Of a DNA stretch of 64,000 bases, positions 54,301-62,880 are shown piece after piece. The stretch spans positions 124,001 to 188,000 of the IMG/VR virus record IMGVR_UViG_3300042540_001822. One strand, 5' to 3'. Below the pieces are notes generated by a model. It did no database searches. It was not told the origin of the DNA and saw nothing but the letters and a program-made list of their open reading frames with translations. Both the position numbers and the translations under genes were made by a program. Numbering within the stretch: position 1 is the stretch's first letter; every line of letters starts with the position of its first letter.

Positions 54301-54621
54301 TCAATAAACAATAGTTTGTGTCATATCTGGATTTGTTCTGTAAATTACCTCGGGACCAGGTGACATGATAACTGAAAGTTCATCTGACAGTGTTTGCAAA
54401 CTTTGGATAAAATTTTGAACGTCGTCTTTTTTGGAAGCGGGAAAATTAAAATGAGTCATAACATCATTAGTCAGGGACTCAATAGAATCATCAAATTGCC
54501 CGGCATCATGAAAATCCATGTCCTTTTCATATTTTGAAACGAAGTCTTTGATTTCGTCCTGTTCTACCTGTGACAAAGAAAGATTCGACACAAAATCATC
54601 AAATTCTAGAATTCTTTTCAT
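54301..54621 (-). CDS. Hypothetical protein with MKRILEFDDFV N-terminus, possible internal head protein
   Basis: ORF track; (TA)n element at 54637-54650. Confidence 0.75.
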   Translation of the reverse strand: MKRILEFDDFVSNLSLSQVEQDEIKDFVSKYEKDMDFHDAGQFDDSIESLTNDVMTHFNFPASKKDDVQNFIQSLQTLSDELSVIMSPGPEVIYRTNPDMTQTIVY

Positions 54622-54669
54622 ATGACAAATTTTTTTGATATATATATATTATAACCAAATAAATACAAA

Positions 54670-55116
54670 ATGGAAAAACATGATAAGGATAAAGATTTCT
54701 TGATCCAAGATTCGACAGAAGAATTTGAAACAACTGATTTGGATTCAAATGATGAATTCACCCTTGAAGAGGAGGATTTTGACGAAGAGCCAGCAGAAGA
54801 TATCGTAATTCAACCCCAAGAAGATAAAGACGAGGATGAAGATGATGATGATGAGGAAGATGATGACGAAGATCAGAAATCATCTGACACCGAAGATGAA
54901 ATTTCCATGCAATATTACATGGATGATGAACCAGGAAAACCGGAGTTTAAAAAATCTAATAAAGAAGAAGATGATGGGGAAGATGATGAGGATGATGAAG
55001 ATGAATATATTTCTTTAAGTCACTCAGGGGAAGAACACAAAACCCCACAGAAATCCTCAAAAGGAACAAAGATACTTTCATTTGAAGATTTTGTAGATGG
55101 TCTGGACGAGGATTAA
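54670..55116 (+). CDS. Extremely acidic (poly-Asp/Glu) protein ending KILSFEDFVDGLDED
   Basis: ORF track; divergent from 54301..54621. Confidence 0.8.
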   Translation: MEKHDKDKDFLIQDSTEEFETTDLDSNDEFTLEEEDFDEEPAEDIVIQPQEDKDEDEDDDDEEDDDEDQKSSDTEDEISMQYYMDDEPGKPEFKKSNKEEDDGEDDEDDEDEYISLSHSGEEHKTPQKSSKGTKILSFEDFVDGLDED

Positions 55117-55295
55117 TCCTCTGAAGTAGTACTTCTTCCAAGATCTCTACGGATCAGTTTTCTGACATAGTGAGAAATAGAAACTGGGGGATCACCTTTA
55201 GTTAAAGCTTGTTTCGAGATTTTTTTCCCAAGTTCTTCTAGATCTTCGCTAGAAAGCAACACTTGGATTTTTTCGGATTTTTCTTCTTTTGCCAT
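55113..55295 (-). CDS. Small ribbon-helix-helix/CopG-like DNA-binding protein
   Basis: KIQVLLSSEDLEEL...SISHYVRKLIRRDL. Confidence 0.55.
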   Translation of the reverse strand: MAKEEKSEKIQVLLSSEDLEELGKKISKQALTKGDPPVSISHYVRKLIRRDLGRSTTSED

Positions 55296-55308
55296 GATTG
55301 ATTTTTTT

Positions 55309-56781
55309 TTAAATTGATTCGAATTTTATACCTCCATGAGGCATTCCTTTTGTTTTAAGTGGTCTGTAACCTTTCATTTCGTCTGTAACTACGAATGCCT
55401 TATGAGGATTAACCATTACCCCCATTCTTTTCATTAAACCTCTATTTGCCAAAAAAGGAGTGCTTTTTTGAATTCTGTCAGTAGGTGCAACCTTAACATC
55501 GGAAATTTTAACTCCATTGAGCATCAAATCCAATGATATAATAGGTCTTTTTTCTTTTTCCCTTCCAATTTCAGTGTTTGTGTAACCTATAATTTCATCT
55601 GCGAAAGTATTTTCACCTATTTTCCAATATAGAACTCCATTTTTTTCCTCCAATTCATCAGCGTGAATCGAAGAGGCTGAAGATCCATTACCAGTGTCAA
55701 ATTTTGCCACCATTTTACCAATTCTGGGAATATCTAAAGTTTCTAAATAGCCAACCTCCATTTTGCTATAGCTCCAATTATTCTTGTCTATAACATAGTC
55801 AATAACATCTCCAACAATAGGTCTTCCAATTGCCTGAGAAATACCTTCTGTTCCAGGAGAAGAATTGACCTCCAAAATGTAGGGTTTACCCGATTCAGCA
55901 TCAATCATGATGTCTACTCCACACCAGTGGCTTCCGACTGCATTAGCGGCTTCACAAGCGAGAGCTGCTGTTTCTTCGTCGATATCATAGGATGAAACCT
56001 GCCCTCCCAAAGAGTAATTAGTTCTAAAGTCTTTTTCAACAGCTTCTCTTTTCATGGAACCGAGAATGGTGTAATTTCCTTTTTTTGAAATAAGTGGATC
56101 GAATCTTTTAACGATTACCTGAATTCTAAGATCAAAATTAGAATTAATCTTTTCTTGTATCAAAATTTCCTTTTCCGGGTCTAGCTTTGCTATGGTCTGA
56201 TAAACCGACTTTAAAGAAGCATAAGAATCAACAATCGAAACTCCAATTCCCTGGGTCCCAGACAGTAATTTCATAACGACAGGAAATTTACCTCCAATCT
56301 GCTCCAAAGCGGAATCTAGATTGTCTTCCCCGTTGACTAATGCGTATCTAGGAACGGGTAAACCCTCACCCTCCAAAATCCGGGAGGTAAGAAATTTGCT
56401 TTCACAAATCTCAATTGATTCTAAAGAGTTAACGCAAAAATATCTAGATGCCTCCAAATCTCTCATGATTTGTTTGGTGTAGGAGTTGGTAATAACTCCT
56501 CTCCGAGGAATAATTGCAGTTTTATCTGGTTTAATTAGAATTTCTTTGCCATCTTTTTTTCCTTCACGAACCATGTGTCCGTTGTAAATTTTTTCCAACG
56601 TTATGTTGTTTATGTCCACCACGTTGCAGACGATTCCCCGATTTTCACACTCGGCCATAAAAGATTTAGAGGTAGGGCTGGGTTTGGCGGTACCGGACAG
56701 GATAAGAATTTCTACCCCATCTGAGGACTCGGATTCATTCAAGAAGGTTGAAAAATTAACAACAGAAGGAGCAAAGGACAT
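55309..56781 (-). CDS. RimK-family ATP-grasp ligase fused to a C-terminal retropepsin-like (RimB/DUF785-type) protease; start moved to MSFAPS
   Basis: SKFLT..IL...GLPVP, FPVVMK...GTQGIGV, IQEKI, DLRI, FRTNYSLGG, GVDIM, LEVNSSPG; then AKFDTGNG...SSIHA. Confidence 0.88.
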   Translation of the reverse strand: MSFAPSVVNFSTFLNESESSDGVEILILSGTAKPSPTSKSFMAECENRGIVCNVVDINNITLEKIYNGHMVREGKKDGKEILIKPDKTAIIPRRGVITNSYTKQIMRDLEASRYFCVNSLESIEICESKFLTSRILEGEGLPVPRYALVNGEDNLDSALEQIGGKFPVVMKLLSGTQGIGVSIVDSYASLKSVYQTIAKLDPEKEILIQEKINSNFDLRIQVIVKRFDPLISKKGNYTILGSMKREAVEKDFRTNYSLGGQVSSYDIDEETAALACEAANAVGSHWCGVDIMIDAESGKPYILEVNSSPGTEGISQAIGRPIVGDVIDYVIDKNNWSYSKMEVGYLETLDIPRIGKMVAKFDTGNGSSASSIHADELEEKNGVLYWKIGENTFADEIIGYTNTEIGREKEKRPIISLDLMLNGVKISDVKVAPTDRIQKSTPFLANRGLMKRMGVMVNPHKAFVVTDEMKGYRPLKTKGMPHGGIKFESI

Positions 56782-56810
56782 GAAAGTGGGAAGAAATTTT
56801 TCCTTATATA

Positions 56811-57440
56811 TCACTTTTTTTCAACAAACTCTGTAAAATAATGTTGATCTGTCTCGAAATTTGTTTTATTTTCTACCGAATAAACATTCATATCAATTTT
56901 GTAACCAGGATTTTTTTCTATCCTCTTAAATGTCCACGCATTATCCATCCAAATTATTCTATTATTTGGATAGATGAAATAATTTCCATTGTCCATCTTG
57001 AAAACGTGTCCACATTTGTGTTCTGGTGTTTCTGAAAAATTGGTATCTAATAAGGATCTATTTTCAAAAGACCAATCAAGAGTAAAAAGGTAAATCCCCT
57101 GTCTTTTTAAACCCGAAATTGAAATTAAATCTGCTCTTAATCCGCTCATTCTTGCCCTCACCTGAACATCGATGTACGAGCTAAAGCAATCCCAATAAAT
57201 ATGCTCGCTTAAAGGCAATAATTCAGCATCCTTTTTCCAACAAAAAGCGTTAATGGGTCTTCTTGTCCAATTGACCCCATTTTCCAAAAAAGCTTCAAAT
57301 AATGGAACTCTTTTTTCAATCGAAGCAACCGAATGAACATCTGCTAAGGTAAAATCACCGTGTCCTTTTTCGTGGTTAAATAAAAATTCATTTCTGATGA
57401 AACAGGTCAGAGTTGGGATGTTGTGATTTAGATAGGGCAT
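56811..57440 (-). CDS. Conserved phage hypothetical protein
   Basis: 209-aa ORF (YLNHNIP...WDCFS...YPNNRIIW). Confidence 0.8.
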   Translation of the reverse strand: MPYLNHNIPTLTCFIRNEFLFNHEKGHGDFTLADVHSVASIEKRVPLFEAFLENGVNWTRRPINAFCWKKDAELLPLSEHIYWDCFSSYIDVQVRARMSGLRADLISISGLKRQGIYLFTLDWSFENRSLLDTNFSETPEHKCGHVFKMDNGNYFIYPNNRIIWMDNAWTFKRIEKNPGYKIDMNVYSVENKTNFETDQHYFTEFVEKK

Positions 57441-57468
57441 TTTTTGGAATTAAAATCGATTTTCGAAT

Positions 57469-57732
57469 TTAAATATCAAGCAAATATTGGATTTCTACTG
57501 CATTCTTGATTTTAAGAAGTTCTGCACACTGTGTGTAATTTTCTTCTAACAACAAAAAATCGATTATTTCCTGAACTCTCTCGCACTTAAATCCGGAGGT
57601 AAAGGTGGGGTCAGAAATAAATTCAAATTTGTATTTCAAAATTTGGTTGGCATTTTCAAACATGAATTGCCTGTAATCTTCAAATTCTTGGTCAATCTCG
57701 TCCAGAAGTGGGGTTGTCGTTTCTTTTTTCAT
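57469..57732 (-). CDS. Small protein with EENYTQCAEL (UVR-like) motif
   Basis: ORF track. Confidence 0.7.
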   Translation of the reverse strand: MKKETTTPLLDEIDQEFEDYRQFMFENANQILKYKFEFISDPTFTSGFKCERVQEIIDFLLLEENYTQCAELLKIKNAVEIQYLLDI

Positions 57733-57892
57733 TTTGAATTAATTGTTTCATATAAGACATAGATTCTTCGGGTCCAGTCAAAGCGTCGGGCTTGTGCCAA
57801 TACAGTTTCATGAATCTTTGGTCATCTGCCATTCTTTCCCTAATAAGAATTAGTTCCTCTACAGAAGGTAAAGTGCGTCGGTGGAATCCCAT
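57692..57892 (-). CDS. Hypothetical protein
   Basis: ORF track. Confidence 0.65.
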   Translation of the reverse strand: MGFHRRTLPSVEELILIRERMADDQRFMKLYWHKPDALTGPEESMSYMKQLIQNEKRNDNPTSGRD

Positions 57893-57893
57893 T

Positions 57894-59060
57894 TTAAAAA
57901 AGAGTATTAATCATGAAAAGGTTGGGAGAAATCGGGTGGTGACCCATTACTTCTATGAAGCGGTTGATTGGATCTAAAATTGTTTTGGTGAACTGTTGGT
58001 CTAAATCCACCGGAGGAGCATACTCGTAAGGGTAATTTCCTTGAGAATAGGCAAAAACATTGTTTTCCTGTGGATTATTGGTTTTAACAAAGTAAAATCT
58101 AACTTTTTCTCCGCTTCCTAACAGGGGATATTTGTCCTTGTACTTCGAGTTGTTTAGTATGTAATTATGATAGCCAGAAGCTCTGACGTGAATAGGGGTA
58201 GCCTTGGCAAATTCGAAACCTGTGGTGTCGTTTAAAATGAACTTCTCGTAGTTGTTAACCGAAATAGCCAAGGCGATCCGTTCTGGTTCCTGGGCTTTAA
58301 AATCTTTCTTGATTGATTTTAACTCTGTAACGAACTCCCTAATGTTGAAAGACCTACCTTTCGTTAAAATAAACTTAGTTAAGTACATTAGCTTCTCACG
58401 AACAAAGGCAGGTGTGCCTCCTTTTATCATCTCAACTCCAGTGGTTTTGATGTTGCTTAGAGGTTCGAACTCCACACCATCTGAGTAAACTGTGTTCGTA
58501 ACATATTTTTTCTTGCCAAGAAAGATGGCATTAATCGACAAGGTCTCAAGTTCGAAATCCTGATAGTTTTCCGTGTTCCATTTTTTGGCGTAAATCTCAA
58601 AGCACTTTTTAAGATAACCTTTTAATCTAAATTCATTGATTTTTAAAATCAATTCCTTTGGATCTCCTTGCCAGTTACAAGACGCCACGACTTCCTGAAA
58701 TGTTACATAATTGGAGTCAGTATCACCATAGATAGTTAAGGGCCGGTGTACCTTCTTGACATCGGTGACTCCTAGTTTTTCATGAAGATCGACATCATCG
58801 TGCCAGAAATCGTGAAAGTATCTATGAATAATTTTTTCTGAATACTTGATTAAATCCTGTCCCTGAAGAGTAACTGCTTCTGCAACGTCTGTATTAAAGC
58901 AAGCAAAGAAATTATTTCCTACCGCTCCATAGATGGAGTTCATCGTTAACTTTACGGCTTGTTCCTCGTTCTTGAGCTCATTCTTTAGGGAGGTGAGCTC
59001 TTCTATTTTTAATTTTAGTTCTTTCGCATTTAGATTATGTGGTTCCATTCTTGTTCCCAA
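57894..59060 (-). CDS. Family-B DNA polymerase, C-terminal subunit only (split polymerase)
   Basis: KLTMNSIYG (motif B), AVTLQGQ, YGDTDS (motif C), KKKY; no exonuclease domain or motif A. Confidence 0.9.
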   Translation of the reverse strand: MGTRMEPHNLNAKELKLKIEELTSLKNELKNEEQAVKLTMNSIYGAVGNNFFACFNTDVAEAVTLQGQDLIKYSEKIIHRYFHDFWHDDVDLHEKLGVTDVKKVHRPLTIYGDTDSNYVTFQEVVASCNWQGDPKELILKINEFRLKGYLKKCFEIYAKKWNTENYQDFELETLSINAIFLGKKKYVTNTVYSDGVEFEPLSNIKTTGVEMIKGGTPAFVREKLMYLTKFILTKGRSFNIREFVTELKSIKKDFKAQEPERIALAISVNNYEKFILNDTTGFEFAKATPIHVRASGYHNYILNNSKYKDKYPLLGSGEKVRFYFVKTNNPQENNVFAYSQGNYPYEYAPPVDLDQQFTKTILDPINRFIEVMGHHPISPNLFMINTLF

Positions 59061-59066
59061 TCTAAT

Positions 59067-59828
59067 TTATTTCTCGATGATTCCAATCGCAGTGGAAGTT
59101 TTTGTCTGCTCTGAACAGAAAACGATGCGATTATCGTGAACATAACAGTGGGATGATTCAGAGTCTACATAATTCAAATGCGATTTGTAAATTGAGGAAT
59201 CCATTTTACCTGACCCCTTGATTTCTGAAGTTCCAATGTTTAATTTAAAGTCAAAAGAATCTCCGGTTACCCTAACGTTGTCTTTTTCAATTCGGAAAAC
59301 AAGAAGTTCCTCTGCGTTGGACTCCATGCCACACAAAGAAGATAAAGAAGAAAAATCGGAAGAATACAATTTGAAGTTTGCTTCTGAATCTTCTTTCGAA
59401 TGAACCATTTCTCCAATTGAATCCTCGACATAAGACAGCAAAGAAAGATCTGCACACTTAATCTTAATTTTCAGCGAGTTTGAAATGACATTGAGTTCGG
59501 TAGCCACACAAGATCCATCCAATTTAGAAATCTCAAGATTCAAAAAGATTTCTTCTTCTGCACGGTAGTACCTGAAGCAGTCTATCAATCTAACGACATC
59601 GATCAAACCAATTTTAATTCTTTCGCACTTCAATTTTGCGAATCCTTCGAGTGGTTCGAAAATTTGATCTACTGGAATCGATGCAAATTTCATAACAGAT
59701 TTATCTGGTGTGTGAATTTTGCAAAAAAGTTCAGTTTCATTCAATTCCAATAGAACGCTTCGATCTACAACCTTTAATTTCTTCAGAAATGCGATTAAGT
59801 TGGTGGTACTTAAAACCCTAATTTTCAT
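59067..59828 (-). CDS. Probable sliding clamp (gp45/PCNA-like)
   Basis: 253 aa, alternating helix/strand pattern, directly upstream of the polymerase; no diagnostic motif. Confidence 0.45.
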   Translation of the reverse strand: MKIRVLSTTNLIAFLKKLKVVDRSVLLELNETELFCKIHTPDKSVMKFASIPVDQIFEPLEGFAKLKCERIKIGLIDVVRLIDCFRYYRAEEEIFLNLEISKLDGSCVATELNVISNSLKIKIKCADLSLLSYVEDSIGEMVHSKEDSEANFKLYSSDFSSLSSLCGMESNAEELLVFRIEKDNVRVTGDSFDFKLNIGTSEIKGSGKMDSSIYKSHLNYVDSESSHCYVHDNRIVFCSEQTKTSTAIGIIEK

Positions 59829-59892
59829 GTGTTTAAATTTTTATGTTTATTGTATGTCGGGCCCGAGATTTGTTTTCGTCTTTGCCCAAAAT

Positions 59893-61278
59893 TTATTCTT
59901 CTTCTTGTTCTTCGGTTGGTGTTTCTTCTTCTACCTCGAAAATTTGAATGTCGGAATCCAAATTTCTGACGGAAGGTTGTGAAGAGGTAACAAGTAAGGT
60001 GGCAGAAGTCTTTTTAACCGGAATCACCTCGAGAAGTTTTACGACCTTTTCTTGTGCTTTAATAGCCACCTGTGTTGTCTTTATTTGTTGTTTGATGGAT
60101 TTAATTTCCTCTTGAATTTCAACAATGTGATTGGTAGAAAGCTTTACTAGTTGAATCGATGAAAGACGTCCAGAGATGGATTTATTAAACTGGGTCAGGA
60201 ATTCCAAAATCTCTTCGTTTTTCCTTTTGCTTCCGCTCATGTAAATTAAAAATTTCAATTTTGCCTCCAGAAATTCCATTTCGTTGGTCAAATCCTGAAC
60301 ATCCCGATTTAATCTTTTAAGTTTAACATATTCAAGATGAGATTTGAATTCTTCGAGATAGGACTTTACAGAATCAAACTGCCTGACCCCTCCATCTTTG
60401 ATAAAAACAATGTCCTCCTTAACCAAAATTTGAGTTAGCTTTTTTACTGTCTGTGTTAAAGATGTAAACTCGGCAGAGGTGCTTTTATAAAACCAAAGGG
60501 TAATGTCACACTTGCTTTGTGAGTTATTGTTTAACTTGTAGTCGACGCCCAGATTTTCCAATTTTCTGACAATTTTTTCCATAAAGGAATCAAATCTCAT
60601 CACTGGGGGAAGATCAAAAATACGTATGGATTTTTTTTGTTGGTTAGCCTCAAACCCGCTCTCCAATAACCACACATTTTCGTGATCTTCGTATTTGTAA
60701 ATTTTACCGGAGAAATCTTTAAAGTAGGGCTTTAATACCTTGTTCTTTCCCTGTAAAAATTCAACAATGTCCTCAAGCTTACGTGGCAAGATATTGGTTC
60801 GATATCCTACTGCTATGCCAATGATATGGGTTAGCAATCCGATGGGTATTTCCACGTTAAGCCAGTCGTGGCCTCCCTCTTCGTTCTGCTCATTCAAATC
60901 GGAATGCCGAGTAATGATATCTTTCACACCACGGTTTATTCTCACCGAAGTGTATCTTGGAGCGGATGGATTTGGATTGACCGGTGATCCAAAAAATCCA
61001 TCTCCTTCTAAAATGGAGAAGGAACATCCAAAGGGTCTGGCCAATTTTGAAATAGCTCCGGCCAAAGAAGAATCTCCGTGGTGATATAAACCAGTTCTGA
61101 TGACCTCTCCAACTAAACCAATTGTTTTGTGAAAAGTAGACGGACTATTTTCTAAAATAATTCTTTGAACTGGGGTTAGAGAATCGTAGAAATTTGGAAT
61201 ACCTCTGGACTGAAGAACATAAAGAGCATAATCCCTATATTGGGTATTAATTTGGTCTGTAATCGAAATAAAGTTCAA
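59893..61278 (-). CDS. Type II DNA topoisomerase subunit A (GyrA/ParC/gp52-like)
   Basis: YALYV..SRGIP...DSLTPVQR, YHHGDSS, GDGFFGS, SAPRYT (catalytic Tyr). Confidence 0.93.
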   Translation of the reverse strand: MNFISITDQINTQYRDYALYVLQSRGIPNFYDSLTPVQRIILENSPSTFHKTIGLVGEVIRTGLYHHGDSSLAGAISKLARPFGCSFSILEGDGFFGSPVNPNPSAPRYTSVRINRGVKDIITRHSDLNEQNEEGGHDWLNVEIPIGLLTHIIGIAVGYRTNILPRKLEDIVEFLQGKNKVLKPYFKDFSGKIYKYEDHENVWLLESGFEANQQKKSIRIFDLPPVMRFDSFMEKIVRKLENLGVDYKLNNNSQSKCDITLWFYKSTSAEFTSLTQTVKKLTQILVKEDIVFIKDGGVRQFDSVKSYLEEFKSHLEYVKLKRLNRDVQDLTNEMEFLEAKLKFLIYMSGSKRKNEEILEFLTQFNKSISGRLSSIQLVKLSTNHIVEIQEEIKSIKQQIKTTQVAIKAQEKVVKLLEVIPVKKTSATLLVTSSQPSVRNLDSDIQIFEVEEETPTEEQEEE

Positions 61279-61377
61279 TTTTCAAATTTTTAATTATAGC
61301 AACAAGAAAAGCTCAATGTTTCTCATTTTAAAATTTAAACGAGTAAACAAAAGATGTGATTTGAAATTAGTGAATGG

Positions 61378-62517
61378 TTAAGAGGTAGACTTATCGCCCT
61401 CGCCTTTAATTGCAGAAGCCAGAACAGGAGCTGGAACATCGTCCATTTCTACCAAAACAAAGTCAATTTGATTCTGGTTTTCCTTCCTCATTTCTTGAAG
61501 AACTTTTTGTAAATCGGTTGCATTTTTGAAAACGATACATCCAGCTGAATACCAACCTATTTCTTCTGTGGTGCCTGTTTTATTTCCTCTGTGAATGTTG
61601 ATTCCATAATTTCCAGTTTCCGCATTTCCAGGAGAAAAGGTGGTGAACTTGGCCTTATTCACATCATCGACAATTGGGAATCTTTCTACCTTTACAGGTC
61701 CAGCCTGTACCAAAGCATCATAATCATTATGTTTACCAATTTTGTAAGGATATACCCCTGGCCGTAAAATTGCCAATCCATCTGGATTAAGAGCTTCTTT
61801 GCTTTTGGCGAACCAATAATTTCTCAATTTAGAAATTAGAAAACTAGCACCTGGAACCGTGGTTCCTTGCATGATGGACAAAGATTTTTCATTTTCTGGA
61901 CTCATCAAAATCAAAGCATCAATAAATCTATTGGGATAATTCTTTTTAACCGAAAGGTAATTTCTAAGACCAACCAGGTTATATTTTTTAAAGTTCATTT
62001 CCCTGGCCAAACCTTTTTTTTCTAAAATGTATTTTAATCCTTCCCAAGACAAATCTTTAACGTCGTCAAATTTGTAATCTCCAGATTTTAATTCTTTGAA
62101 AATTTCTTTTGTTTCAGCCTCATCTGCAGTGGAAACCCCGGCAGAATTTAAAGCCTCAATGTCTTTTTCGGTTGTATCTTTAGAATTAGAAGATTGATCA
62201 CCGGATGTCCAATCCTGAGGGAGAATCCCCTTTTTTTTCAAAGCATCGAGTAATTCTTTATTTTCGTCCTTATGGAATTCCCCGGCAATTTTTTTGCCAA
62301 TTTCGGTTCCATAAAAAAGGTCTGCAACGGAGATCGAGCTTTTACCCAGAGAGGTTGATTTGGACGTACTAGAACTATCCTCAGATGAAGATTTTGTTTC
62401 TTTTGTTGCTTGTTTTAAAATAGATTCACTGGAATCTTCCTGAATTTTGGTGTAGCTATTAGAATTCAGAATAACGAAAAATTCAGAAAATTTCAAAATG
62501 TTTTGTGACACAGACAA
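61378..62517 (-). CDS. Protein with C-terminal YkuD/L,D-transpeptidase-like domain
   Basis: GINIHRG...IGWYSAGCIVF (H...SxGC); N-terminal ILKFSEF motif and Ser/Thr/Lys-rich linker. Confidence 0.65.
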   Translation of the reverse strand: MSVSQNILKFSEFFVILNSNSYTKIQEDSSESILKQATKETKSSSEDSSSTSKSTSLGKSSISVADLFYGTEIGKKIAGEFHKDENKELLDALKKKGILPQDWTSGDQSSNSKDTTEKDIEALNSAGVSTADEAETKEIFKELKSGDYKFDDVKDLSWEGLKYILEKKGLAREMNFKKYNLVGLRNYLSVKKNYPNRFIDALILMSPENEKSLSIMQGTTVPGASFLISKLRNYWFAKSKEALNPDGLAILRPGVYPYKIGKHNDYDALVQAGPVKVERFPIVDDVNKAKFTTFSPGNAETGNYGINIHRGNKTGTTEEIGWYSAGCIVFKNATDLQKVLQEMRKENQNQIDFVLVEMDDVPAPVLASAIKGEGDKSTS

Positions 62518-62526
62518 GAATTTTTT

Positions 62527-62880
62527 TTAGATTTCTCCATCTGTATATATCTTTCCTGGACTATTTTTTATTAGATAAACAATTAGGGTATTAATAATGA
62601 CACTTGCCCCGCTAATCCAAAATCCAGAAAAAAGTATTGTTAGAATTTGGTAAAAATACCCATCATATTCCAATAAAAACATGAAAGGATTAACCATCTG
62701 ATTGGCGGAAATCAGCAAACCAAATAAGATTCCCACCCAAAAGCCAGAACACTGCATACAGGTCAATAATTTTCCCAAAGTTGGGTACATTACCTGCAAA
62801 TAAATTCTGAGAGGATCAAATATGGAACCATTGACTAAAATACTGGTGATGGCCCAACCTAAAAAACTAAATTCAATCAT
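62527..62880 (-). CDS. DUF1360-like membrane protein
   Basis: LGKLLTCMQCSGFWVG between TM helices. Confidence 0.65.
   Translation of the reverse strand: MIEFSFLGWAITSILVNGSIFDPLRIYLQVMYPTLGKLLTCMQCSGFWVGILFGLLISANQMVNPFMFLLEYDGYFYQILTILFSGFWISGASVIINTLIVYLIKNSPGKIYTDGEI

Noticed and set aside
56782-56814. MIYKEKFLPTF N-terminal extension of the RimK fusion
   Set aside because: It overlaps the GATATATAA element; the ATG at 56781 is preferred.
57894-59060. Intein or intron explanation for the short polymerase
   Set aside because: No intein terminal motifs or intron structure; motifs B and C are contiguous and the upstream gene is unrelated.
59857-59866. Palindrome tcgggcccga between the topoisomerase and clamp genes
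   Set aside because: A single 10-bp palindrome with no second copy or extended stem; insufficient evidence of function.
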